From positions 256,001-320,000 of the forward strand of contig CAVZZA010000004.1 of NCBI GenBank assembly GCA_963779615.1: a DNA stretch of 64,000 nt, written 5' to 3'. This stretch comes from an uncultured Nitrososphaeraceae archaeon (GTDB taxonomy: Archaea; Thermoproteota; Nitrososphaeria; Nitrososphaerales; Nitrososphaeraceae). A program made the position numbers and the translations under genes. Under the pieces are notes generated by a model. That model did not search any database. It saw only the letters and a list, made by a program, of their open reading frames with translations, and had not been told where the DNA came from. Of this stretch, positions 21,154 to 31,565 are shown in pieces (position 1 is the stretch's first letter; every line of letters begins with the position of its first letter).

Positions 21154-21465
21154 ATATAGAATTCAGTAACTTTTTTAGACATATCTGGAGTAGGTCTTTT
21201 ATTACCTGACATTTAATCTGAATTTGTTAACCTGTAAAGATAAGCATAATCTTTACACTTTAAATTCATCGATAAATGTTTAGCATAAATTCAGTTTAAG
21301 GTTCGGGGTCTTCTTCATACTTACTTTATTGATAATGAATACCGTAGGGACTTGCATGATTTTGCACTCATGAAAAAAAGGAAATTGTATTTTATGCATT
21401 GAAAACTTTAAATCTATATCATCCATCTAGATAATAGAATCCATTTTAAAGGACCGATATCAGCA

Positions 21466-21483
21466 CGAAGCCCTCCGGGCCCG
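21466..21483 (+). other. att-like site 2: tRNA 3'-end fragment
   Basis: CGAAGCCCTCCGGGCCCG(TTA) is identical to site 1. Confidence 0.7.
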
Positions 21484-21690
21484 TTAACCATATGGGTTCA
21501 AATAATTTTGCATCTCTAACAACCATTGAAGGGAAAGGAAGGGGAGCAAACGACGCCTGCTAAGTTAACAGCAACCATCACAAATACATAGAGAAGAAGG
21601 TAAAGAATCAGGTTAACATACAACTGATAGGGGAATTCTTTTATTATTAGACCACCGATCGACACGTCAGAAAGATACCAAAATGGGCTG
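21484..21690. repeat. Right arm 'Y', about 200 bp; second copy at about 31169-31372
   Basis: Shares TTCAAATAATTTT, ACATAGAGAAGAAGGTAAAGAATCAG, ACATACAACTGATA and ATCGACACGTCAGAAA. Confidence 0.85.
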
Positions 21691-22623
21691 CTCAAGGTCG
21701 ATAAGACATACAGAATAGCCTTTTGGTCTTCCTTGGCCACTGAAAAACATGATGGTGCAGGGCGCTGCTGCCTCCCTTCAGCAATTTGTTGCCAACCGCA
21801 TGGTATTTCCCTCATCCGTGTTTCATGTACACCATAACCCTCACCATAACATCCCCACGCAAGTGCAAGAAGGTATTTCCCGGCTGCCTGGTCGGGTTCC
21901 GGATGACCGAGGCATGCGGAACCGGGGCAGCATGTGCCTCGGTCGCCAAAGCAAAAGTGGATGGATTTGACCCCTTCCCTTCCGTGAGCAGACACCCTTC
22001 ACGTACCCCAGGGTGAGGATGACCCGCTTTGGGGTTGCCCCATAACCATTGCTGGGGCCGAAAGGCAGGAGATGCCTCTATGCGGCACGGCATACCTTAC
22101 AAAATAAAGCAGAACCCAACCATTGTCAAGATGTTTATATATAAGTATAGGGGTGAAAGTTGTGTATTTTTATACACCGATGCCTGAGTAATTACCCATT
22201 ATGTATCTATAGCGTGAACTTATATAACGGAATACAGAGCACAGGGCAGGCATTTGCCAACCATTCGTTTGAGGATGGAAGGTTTTTCTGTTGTCACTCA
22301 CATAGCCACCTTCCCGGGGCTGGCACAGCATGTTTAGACCTGGTTCGAATACCCATCCATCACGGCGGCAGCATACATCATGACACCCTATCTTGGACCT
22401 GATACAGTTGTGGTTGTTAGACTGGTCTTTCTGCAATGCGCCATGTCGACGGTGCGGTGGCCACGTGCTTGTCGTACTGCCGCAAAAACTTGGGCAAGGC
22501 AAGCCCCCACTGGAAAGACAGTCTGCCTGCCTTCAATCAAGGTGACTGGCTCATGTCACTCCCTGGTGGTGAGCGTTATCGATAGCCCGGGCCAAATGCC
22601 CGCGGTCCCAAGGTCAAGGTCAC

Positions 22624-23391
22624 CTAAATCTGCGCCATGCCCCCATCTACGAACAGCTCAATACAGGTGATGAAACGGCTGTCGTCTGACGCGAGGAATG
22701 TGGCGGCTTTGGCTATTTCGTCGAGGCTTCCATCCGCCCCATAGGCATGGCGGACAAAAGGCCCTCCCTGAATTGCTCCTTCTGCTCGTCAGTCTCCAGC
22801 AGCAGACCATCGAAGCCTGGCGTGTCTATCGGGCCGGGACTGATGGCGTTGACGCGGATCCTGCGCTGCTTCAGATCAACCGTCCAGGTGCGAGCGAAAG
22901 AGCGCACGGCCGCCTTGGTTGCGTTGTAGACACCAAACCCTCCAACCCCCTTGGATGCGGCCACCGAGGCATTCAAAATGATGGAACCGCCGCCACCGTC
23001 GCCCCCACCCTGAAACAGCGGAAGCGCCTTTTGCACGGTGAACAAAAGCCCTTTGGCGTTGATGCCGAATGCTTTGTCAAAGTGGGCTTCCGGAGGTTTC
23101 CCCCAGTGTTGCCAATTCCCCAATGCCGGCGTTGGCGAACAGGATGTCCATGTGGCCCCTCTTCTCCCTCACAGTGGCACACAGCCTGTCAAGGTCCGCA
23201 AGGTTTGAGACGTCCCCCTGGACACCGGTGATGCCTTTGCCTATTCGCCTGACTGCCGCATCAATCTCGCCCTGGCGGCGGCCTGTGATGAAGACATGGG
23301 CGCCCTCATCCACAAACCGCTGGGCCGCGGCAAGGCCTATGCCGCTGGTTCCGCCTGTGATGATTACGACTTTCCCTTCCAGCCTTTTCAT
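22624..23391 (-). CDS. Short-chain dehydrogenase/reductase (SDR), frameshifted
   Basis: [38 protein letters not shown]; ends ELFVDG(G)MAQI*. Confidence 0.85.
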
Positions 23392-24032
23392 GGTATCCTA
23401 ATCGTGACGGCAGGCTTTAAGTTTGCAAAAATGAGTGAAGATGCTTTTGCTGCTGCACACACTGAGGACACCTACGAGCAGGAGGCAGACCTAATCCATT
23501 GCGAAACGATACAAGGGTCTATCACATCCATAACGCGAATGCCCCTTCGGTGGGATGGTACACAGTGTCAGATGAGGCGACCGGTCAGGTCCAAGAAGAG
23601 CATGAGCAATTACATGCCAGTCACCTGCATACCCCTGATACGGGACAAATTGCAGTGGCACAGCCTATAGGCCACAAGGCAATAGCCCACCCGACCAACT
23701 GCATAAACAGGACATGGGAAAAGGTACTTGAAAAGATTGTAAAAACTCCCCTTTAGTATGACAGTATGAGGTCGTGCATAGTGAATTTGTCCATTAATGT
23801 ATGCCTTGTAGACAAAAACGAATAGAATATGGATATTGACAAAAAAAATGCGAGAGACAAAATATTATCAATGTCATACTTTAATATTAAAAAAGTATGC
23901 ATATATTATTTATAGAAACATATACACAGAATAATACTTTTGAGGTTTTGATTGTCTTAAAGCTTGCTAAGGGATATTTCATCCATCTTTGAAATGACAT
24001 TATCAATGAATATGAAAAAATTGTTGATTCCA

Positions 24033-24716
24033 TTAACGTAAGTTTACTATTATCCAGTATATACCATAAAGTCCAAATATCATGCTCAAAATCAAAATCA
24101 ACATTTTATAATATTTTGATTTTAATATCGATATTCCTTTAAAGACAAGGTAAGAAATCAGAGTTAGCCAAGCATAGTCCATCCATATATGAAAGGAGAA
24201 AAGAGATGCTGTTCCCGATAAAATACCAAAAGAAGAAACTGAATCAGATATAAGCTTTAGACCAACTGTTAGCCACCAAGCCAAAAAGAAAGGGTTTAAG
24301 GCACTAAATATGATGCCTGATATGACTGGTCGATTTCTGTTATTGTAACTAACTTTCTGAATCTCTTTTTTATTGTTGTTGTTTAATTTTATGGCCACAT
24401 CCTTTCCTTTAATAATGTCTTTAACCTGTAGGATGGAAAACGCAACTATGGCAATACCACCAACTATTCCAATAATCTTTAGATTTCCAACACTTGTAAA
24501 GCCAGTATAGGGAATTTGAGACATACCTACAGCCAACAATATGACTAAAGGCAGTTCAACAATAGTGTGCCCAAATGCAATTTTAATCCCTGAACGAAAT
24601 CCTTCTTTACTGCCGTATATAAGATTTGCAAAGAATAATGGACCTGGTGATAGTACACCAGATAAGGATACAAGAATTACTTCTCCTGCAAATTCAAGCA
24701 TATTCATGCTTGGCAC
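24033..24716 (-). CDS. LysE family translocator
   Basis: SGVLSPGPLF, GHTIVELP and LNPFFLAWW motifs. Confidence 0.85.
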   Translation of the reverse strand: MPSMNMLEFAGEVILVSLSGVLSPGPLFFANLIYGSKEGFRSGIKIAFGHTIVELPLVILLAVGMSQIPYTGFTSVGNLKIIGIVGGIAIVAFSILQVKDIIKGKDVAIKLNNNNKKEIQKVSYNNRNRPVISGIIFSALNPFFLAWWLTVGLKLISDSVSSFGILSGTASLFSFHIWMDYAWLTLISYLVFKGISILKSKYYKMLILILSMIFGLYGIYWIIVNLR

Positions 24717-24989
24717 TTATAGAATATGCGATTCCTTGGTCCTTTTATATGTATATATCTATAACTATCTAATCCTGGAAAACGTAACCATAATATGCGA
24801 TTATATTATTGCCAAAGAAACTGAAATCAAGATAAATAACTCTACGAAAGAAGGCACAATAAAAATAATTACATTGCCGTCAATCTATTGCCACAACAGA
24901 AACACTTTTAAACAAATGACAAAGCAAAATACCCTTGATTACCTCAACAATTAAGAAAACATATAAGTAAAGACCATACCCAGAGATGA

Positions 24990-25300
24990 ATTCCATTTTC
25001 CTGTAAAGCAGCCCTCCATAACTATTTCCCCAAATGGTTTGTGCCGTTAGGGCCCCTTTTCCTGCAGGTTTTCCTTTGATCCACTTTTCACAATCGCAAT
25101 CATGGTCATAACGTCAAACCTGTTCGGAATACCAAAGTCGGCCCTTGCCATTTCATAGTCAAATCTCTGCATACATTAGGCCGCCAATCCCCCTGATGAT
25201 GCCTCCAAGGCCAGTTCTTCCCAAGTTGCCAAGTGTCATACTGGTGCGTTTTGAAGTTGGATTAACAACAACTAGTTTTCATCTTTTGTGTAATTTTATA
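24990..25300 (-). pseudogene. Nitroreductase remnant
   Basis: WEELALEASS...MQRFDYEMARADFGIPNRFDVMTMIAIVK...KPFGEIVMEG. Boundaries are approximate. Confidence 0.6.
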
Positions 25301-25637
25301 CGGGCATCAAATAACAGTTTTTGAAATCAAAAGGTATTTTTGAATAAGAACTATTTCATGGGTGTGGGAAAGAAAAAGCTGTCAAAGATGAAGAAAAGGG
25401 ACTGCCGAAAAAGCATGACATGGATTTTCAGCACTTTAATGATATACACGATTAACTTTCTTTGCCTAAAGCACAAAAACGAGTTTGTTGTGATAAAGAA
25501 CCGGTAAGACTACAGCAACAGGGACCCATTAAAACTGTTGGAAATTTTGAGTGAAAACAACATCGACCCTGGAAATGGTGATAGAATTTATGATACAGGT
25601 AACCCAAATCTTCTTGCAGAAGAAGTATTAAGCGGAT

Positions 25638-26186
25638 ATTCAACAACATGCCCTTTTGATGTCGCCCAGGTTGTCCAGCAGATAGTCCCTCTCCTCTTTT
25701 ATTGATTGGATCTTCTCCTTCCGTTTGCTCTTTCGCTGTTCGTGCCTCTACGTTGATTATGCTGTCCGTTGCGTTTCTGATATCCTTGGCTCTGGTGATG
25801 TTTATTTTTATCTCTTCAAACTTTACAAACGTGGCCAAATGGTGCTTATTCTACTTTAGGATTGTGGCTGCTTTATGCATCTTCTGCAGCCTCAAAAAAT
25901 CATACAGTGTGCTCATTACCCTGTCAGTTTCCAAATCCAAATCAATGGCTACCTGAACCGGGATCCTGCCTACCAAAAACAGTTCAAACGCCTGGCATGG
26001 TATGGACTTTGCTTTTTTTCCTTTTTCTGAGCATTCATCCTTCTTACCCTCCCTGGTCACCTTTCCCCTTATCATCTTGATGTCGGAGAAGGATACATGC
26101 GCCTGCTTGGCGATTTGTGGAAACCTAACGCCTTGGTTCAGCAAGTCTATGACCAAGTTGTCTTTTTGTTGCCTGTTTAGAATCAT
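25638..26186 (-). pseudogene. Double-HTH/coiled-coil gene with an in-frame TAG at 25851
   Basis: LVIDLLNQGVRFPQIAKQAHVSFSDI and QAFELFLVGRIPVQVAIDLDL; the reading frame continues past the stop. Confidence 0.7.
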
Positions 26187-26402
26187 CGTTACATGTGATA
26201 TTGATATGCCAGTTAGTTTTTAAAGATGCAAGAAATCGCCCATTATTACCATTGTTACAAAAACCAAAGCATTGTTACATGACTTGTTTTGTATGTTGTT
26301 TTTGATGAAGAGTAACACTTATTTTTAAATATATACACAAAGCAATTATTTGTTGAATTTTTTCTTTTTTTTAAAAGGTCTTTAATAAAAAAAATCTAAA
26401 TA

Positions 26403-27428
26403 ATGGAGGCTTATATAGATTTTATGATATACTTAAAGGTAGTTTTTTGTGCTTTATGTCTATTTTTTATTTTATATACTCCATTGATAACTTTTGGACA
26501 ACAGGATAACTCAACAATTGCAAACAACCCTACAACTAACACCAGCAACTCATTCGATCTGAGTGGATTGTATATCTCTGACAACCAAGATAAATATTTT
26601 CTAAGACAAGTTGGAAATTCCTTATGGTGGATTGGAACAGATAAGGATGGTTCACATGTCATAAATATTTTCAAAGGGATTAAGGATGGAAATATTATAA
26701 CAGGACAATGGATTGATTCACCACTGGGAAAAAAAATGGGTTACGGCTCATTGAACTTAATTTTGTTAGCCAATTCAACTGAAAATGTAACATTGGTAAA
26801 AGTCCCTTCTAAAGATAAATTTCCGATAAACCAACTGATAAAATTTAATCCTGAAACTCAAGTTATTCCAAAATTTATGGTTATGTTAAATGGTGTAAAT
26901 GTGGACATCCCAAGATCACCAATCCGTGACGTATTGTATGTTGGTTTAGGCGTGAAGGAAGATAGTAATACTCCATTAACCGCAACTAGGTATCTAGCAA
27001 ACAGCGATGGAAGTTCTAACATTACTTTAGACTTAAAGCTAGGACCATTTGAGCTTGACAAAAAAGATGATGGTCTTGCCATTGTGTTTATGGGGGTGAA
27101 TAAGGAAGACTCGAGAACTACTCCAATACTAATTAGTTTAGGAGAAACACTAGTCCAACTATTTGACCCCTCATTTGATTTCTACAGCCTATCTAACATG
27201 TATCAAACAAATCTGCTAATGCGTTCATTATCTCCTGGATTACTGTCTGGCGGATGCAACGGACTTGTTTTTGCAGACAAAATATTTTTACCATTTGAGG
27301 ATTTGAAAAAATCTATATCTAACGGCATTTATTCTCAAGAAAAATCCTATCTTGGGACAGAATCGCCCCCAGGATGTGGCCCGAATTCGAAATATCAAGT
27401 AAAATGGTCAGTTGTTCCAGTAGAATAA
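26403..27428 (+). CDS. Hypothetical secreted protein
   Basis: 341 aa with a hydrophobic N-terminus and a Cys pair near the C-terminus; no family recognised. Confidence 0.7.
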   Translation: MEAYIDFMIYLKVVFCALCLFFILYTPLITFGQQDNSTIANNPTTNTSNSFDLSGLYISDNQDKYFLRQVGNSLWWIGTDKDGSHVINIFKGIKDGNIITGQWIDSPLGKKMGYGSLNLILLANSTENVTLVKVPSKDKFPINQLIKFNPETQVIPKFMVMLNGVNVDIPRSPIRDVLYVGLGVKEDSNTPLTATRYLANSDGSSNITLDLKLGPFELDKKDDGLAIVFMGVNKEDSRTTPILISLGETLVQLFDPSFDFYSLSNMYQTNLLMRSLSPGLLSGGCNGLVFADKIFLPFEDLKKSISNGIYSQEKSYLGTESPPGCGPNSKYQVKWSVVPVE

Positions 27429-27598
27429 TGATGACTATCCGAATTATTTTCCTTTTGTGTTACTGGTTTTCTAATCCAATCCACAAATAAAGATAGTTTT
27501 GGGGCTACTCAAATAATATTTTTATAAAACAATCATCTCTAAAGACATTTGAGTAGATAGATTCGTCCTAAAAATAAATTATTATAAAGGCGTCTTGG

Positions 27599-27661
27599 GC
27601 GAAGTTGGCTTAGTCTGGTTGAGGAACAATAAGGGATCGCAGATTCAAAACCGAACTTCTC
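27599..27661 (+). pseudogene. Possible degenerate tRNA remnant
   Basis: GAAGTT...AACTTC ends can pair; TGGCTTAGTCTGGTTGAG is D-arm-like and GCAGATTCAAAACC is T-loop-like; no proper anticodon arm. Confidence 0.3.
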
Positions 27662-27830
27662 TTTAAACAACAATAAAAGATGGTTTTTTGACTCTAGGCG
27701 CATTTATCGCAATAGGCTAAAGTTTTAAACTTGTTGCTATATATTCAATAGGTACGTTCTACCAAAATACTTCAATTTAAAAACACCACTTCTAAAATCA
27801 AAGAATCCATTTATAGGACCGATATCAGCA

Positions 27831-27848
27831 CCAAGCCCTCCAAGCCAG
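27831..27848 (+). other. att-like site 3 (degenerate)
   Basis: CCAAGCCCTCCAAGCCAG, preceded by the same left arm as site 2 (GAATCCATTT..AGGACCGATATCAGCAC). Confidence 0.55.
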
Positions 27849-28097
27849 TATGTATTCTAGTAACATTATTGGACAGCAGATACAAATGTCTCAAAGTTAC
27901 AATATTGATCTGATGCTACTTCTGTTGTTTTTTTAGGATAGGATTGTTATTTATATGTTTTATCTATACCATACAGGATAAGTAAAATTTCGAAAAAAAA
28001 GAGGTATACTCTCTTGCTCTTCTTCCTTACCAGTCACAAAAGACGATGTGTTAATATCCATATCGTATGTCTGTTAATTATCTCCCTTAGCTGTTGA

Positions 28098-28400
28098 TTA
28101 TGTAACATATCGGTATCTTATCGCACTATCCATTGTGCCATTGCATCCTTCCGAAAAATTAGTTGGGAGGGGTGCTATCACATATACAGCGTTACCATTG
28201 CTGTTTGTCATATGCAAGTTCCCACGGTATATGTTAAAAGCAATGCCTATGGGAAATGATCCCATATATATGGTGCTGTGACAGCGATTGTTCAATGGTC
28301 GATTACAGATACGGGGTTGCTAACTTGTTTGCTACATAGGTAAATCCATTATTTGAATTAGAATCAATCTCTTGGTCCGGCTCCCACTGATGATGCATGA
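28098..28400 (-). pseudogene. Remnant of a YVTN propeller protein C-terminus
   Basis: GSFPIGIAFN...MTNSNGNAVYVIAPLPTNFSEGCNGTMD resembles the end of 16950-19115. Confidence 0.6.
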
Positions 28401-28703
28401 TTACAGGGGCTAAAGTTTCATTTTTGACGAAGGATTGGTTTACGGACTGGCGTACTACTTTAGAATAGGATATAGTTATCCATCAGGATTTTCATGTGGC
28501 TTATGTCAAACACATTAGGTTTTTCTTTGGGTCAAGAGCGCAAGCAGGAGCCACTTATTAATGAATCCTAATTTAAATCCGGAATGTGGATCATCATAAA
28601 TTATGGACTCTTTTTGCGCAGTGTTTGATTGCTACCCAATAAAGAACTATTAACTAAGATAAATACAAAATAGAATATTATCTTTTGGTATTATTTATTG
28701 AAA

Positions 28704-29180
28704 TTAATAGTCAACAACAGTTGTCATATTTAGCAAATCAGACATTATCGCGTGTGTACCTATAATGGCCCCATCAATTATATCTGAATTGTTGTATCCG
28801 GCTATCTTCAAACAAACTTCACAAATTATTACATTTCCCCCATTATCCATAAAATTTGTTACATTGTTTGTTAATGGATTTAGGCCTAAGTATTGGTGTG
28901 GATGCTTAACACCTAGTTGCACACCTTCAATGCTTAACATTAATGTGACATTATACCCGCTATTTAGCATGGTTTGAGAGTCCAATAGGGCTATAGTAGC
29001 TCTCCAAGGTTCATCACTGCTAAGGTGATACACTAACTTTGTCTCACTACCACTTGCGGTTTTAAGGGATTCTGAATACGCCTGGTGCAATTTAGGATTA
29101 TTTGCAAACATAATCGAAAAGCAAAAAGCAAAAATAATTAACATATAAATTACCTTTATTTTGGTTTTCATTTTATTCAT
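28704..29180 (-). CDS. DsrE-family protein with an N-terminal signal or anchor
   Basis: VTLMLSIEGV and GGNVIICEVCLKIAG are typical of the DsrE/F-like fold. Confidence 0.7.
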   Translation of the reverse strand: MNKMKTKIKVIYMLIIFAFCFSIMFANNPKLHQAYSESLKTASGSETKLVYHLSSDEPWRATIALLDSQTMLNSGYNVTLMLSIEGVQLGVKHPHQYLGLNPLTNNVTNFMDNGGNVIICEVCLKIAGYNNSDIIDGAIIGTHAIMSDLLNMTTVVDY

Positions 29181-30023
29181 ATCCCAATTTTGGATTATTT
29201 AAGAATTTATTTGGAATTTGTCATTTAATAAAAATCAAGGGTGAAGGCTTTTAAATTAAGGAAAGCGGGAGATATCCCAAAGATACTTTCTGTTTTCTTT
29301 ATTTGCTCACGAAACGGGAAACAACATCTACACAATATGATTAGACCCGTCAAATCTTGAATTATGGATTAAGGTAATCCCCTTTGTTTTTAATAATAAT
29401 GCACATAGCATGATAGGCAGAAATTTGAGAATAAGATAACATTGTATCTAGAGTAAATCTATCATTCCATCCATCTTTGTATATAATATAGGGATTCAAA
29501 AGTTAAAATAACAAATATTATGTAATAATTACAAAAAAAATATATTTTTGTGTATATCTTTTCTGTATAGATACCAGTGGAGATAGCTTTCAGAATACCA
29601 AGGATTTAAGTAATGGTATAGATGGTTAAGCACTGAACCAAAGGATTCTAAATAAAAGATAGAAAAAGATATCTAACCTGTTAAGCAGGTCACATGGCCT
29701 TTTAAAGATGTCATAAAAGCACCTTTATCGGCCTTTAATTCTACAGGCACGCACATGAGTCATTTTTTAACGGTGAAAATGAGTCGGAAGCATGGGCCCG
29801 ATAATCCTGTATGTTTTTTTAGTTCCATTCATAAATTATACTATAAAACATGCAGCAGCAGCCTACCTCTCAAACCCCGCAACAACTTGAACACAAGATT
29901 GGCCCTCAAAATCCACATTTTCTGTTTAGATTCCACCAGACCCCCAGAAACCAAAAAAAAGATACTCACAAATTCAGGCATTTCTTGTTCATGCCTGTAC
30001 ATAAAAACGTATAGAAAAGTAGA

Positions 30024-31043
30024 ATGAATGACATGAGTGAGAAATACTTTCAACTGGCTCCTGATTTGGCAATATGCAGAATAGTCAACGGCATGTGGCA
30101 AGTTGCAGGTGGACATGGACAGATTGATCGCGAGTTGGCAGTAGAAGACATGATGCGATATCATGATGCTGGCTTTACCAGTTGGGACCTAGCCGATATT
30201 TATGGCCCGGCAGAGGATTTTGTCGGGCAGTTCAGGCGTAAGCTATTGGCGCTAAAAGGAAAAGAAGAACTCGACAGAATTCAGGCATTAACAAAATGGG
30301 TGCCACAGCCAGGAAGGATTACCCCTTCCTTCGTTAATGAAAATATAGAAAGATCACGTCGCAGGATGGGTGTTAGCTCGCTGGATTTACTTCAATTCCA
30401 CTGGTGGGATTACACCAACTCGCAATACATGGATGCCCTCAAATACCTATCCGACTTGCAGGATAAAGGGATAATCAAGCACTTGGGCCTTACAAATTTT
30501 GATACCGACCGAATGCAGATCATGATAGATTCAGGAATAAAAATTGTATCAAACCAGGTTCAATATTCAATCATAGATCGCAGACCAGAGGTAAAGTTGG
30601 CACCATTTTGCCTGAAACACAACATAAGCCTCCTTGCGTATGGAAGCATCTGTGGAGGGCTTTTGTCAGAGCGCTATCTGGGAAGAATGCAGGAACCACC
30701 TTCTGCTGAGTTAAGCACACTAAGCTTGCGAAAGTACAAGCGAATGGTAGATGCATGGGGCGGATGGAATTTGTTCCAAGGTCTTTTATCGGCTTTGGAT
30801 GTAATTGCACAAAAGTACAATGTGAGCATTGCAAATGTGGCAACCAGGTATATTCTTGACAAGCCTGCAGTAGCAGGTGTTATCATAGGTGCCAGACTTG
30901 GAATAGTTGATCACATAAGCAATAACGCGCAGGTGTTCAACCTTAGTTTGGACAAGTCAGATTGCGAAGTCATAGATTCTGCATGCACAAGGTCGAACAA
31001 CCTGTTTGAGATAATTGGGGATTGTGGTGATGAGTACAGATGA
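30024..31043 (+). CDS. Aldo/keto reductase
   Basis: GMWQ, WDLADIYGPAE, LDLLQFHWW, HLGLTNFD and NQVQYSIIDRRP. Confidence 0.9.
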   Translation: MNDMSEKYFQLAPDLAICRIVNGMWQVAGGHGQIDRELAVEDMMRYHDAGFTSWDLADIYGPAEDFVGQFRRKLLALKGKEELDRIQALTKWVPQPGRITPSFVNENIERSRRRMGVSSLDLLQFHWWDYTNSQYMDALKYLSDLQDKGIIKHLGLTNFDTDRMQIMIDSGIKIVSNQVQYSIIDRRPEVKLAPFCLKHNISLLAYGSICGGLLSERYLGRMQEPPSAELSTLSLRKYKRMVDAWGGWNLFQGLLSALDVIAQKYNVSIANVATRYILDKPAVAGVIIGARLGIVDHISNNAQVFNLSLDKSDCEVIDSACTRSNNLFEIIGDCGDEYR

Positions 31044-31149
31044 TCTTTTCCCCACTGTACCTTTATTTTAAAAAAAATACTATCCAATACCCAAATCAGA
31101 AAAAAAGGATTTGGCAAAGAAGCTGTCCGTTCCCTCCTACATGCCAGAG

Positions 31150-31168
31150 TCGAAGCCCCACTTGCCCG
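31150..31168 (+). other. att-like site 4 (degenerate)
   Basis: TCGAAGCCCCACTTGCCCG, with the left arm of site 1 (GTTCCC...TACATGCCAGAG) and the right arm of site 2. Confidence 0.6.
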
Positions 31169-31565
31169 CTAATTATATGGTTTCAAATAATTTTTAATTT
31201 CCAATGACCATAGAAAGGAAGGGGGAGGGTACAGATTATTGTCTAAAGTCACAACAATCATCACAAACATAGAGAAGAAGGTAAAGAATCAGCCAAGCAC
31301 ATACAACTGATATAACAATTCTTTCATTATCCGACCTACACCATCGACACGTCAGAAAAATATCGAAATGTTCCTATAGTTAAGCACTAAATGGCATCTG
31401 GAATGAACTTCGCCTCAATCAGGACGAATGCATCCAAAACACCCAGACCTTGGTTAACAACGATCATAAACTATTCAGGCAGGCAAGCAGGCAGGCAGGC
31501 TGCCAAGGGTATAGACCACATATTAAGGATGGAAATTTATTATCTGCACTTATATCTCCTAAAAC

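Noticed and set aside
21700-22600. Possible M48 peptidase remnant on the minus strand
   Set aside because: Only vague fragments (KRVILTLG, RHML) with no intact HExxH; too degraded to call.
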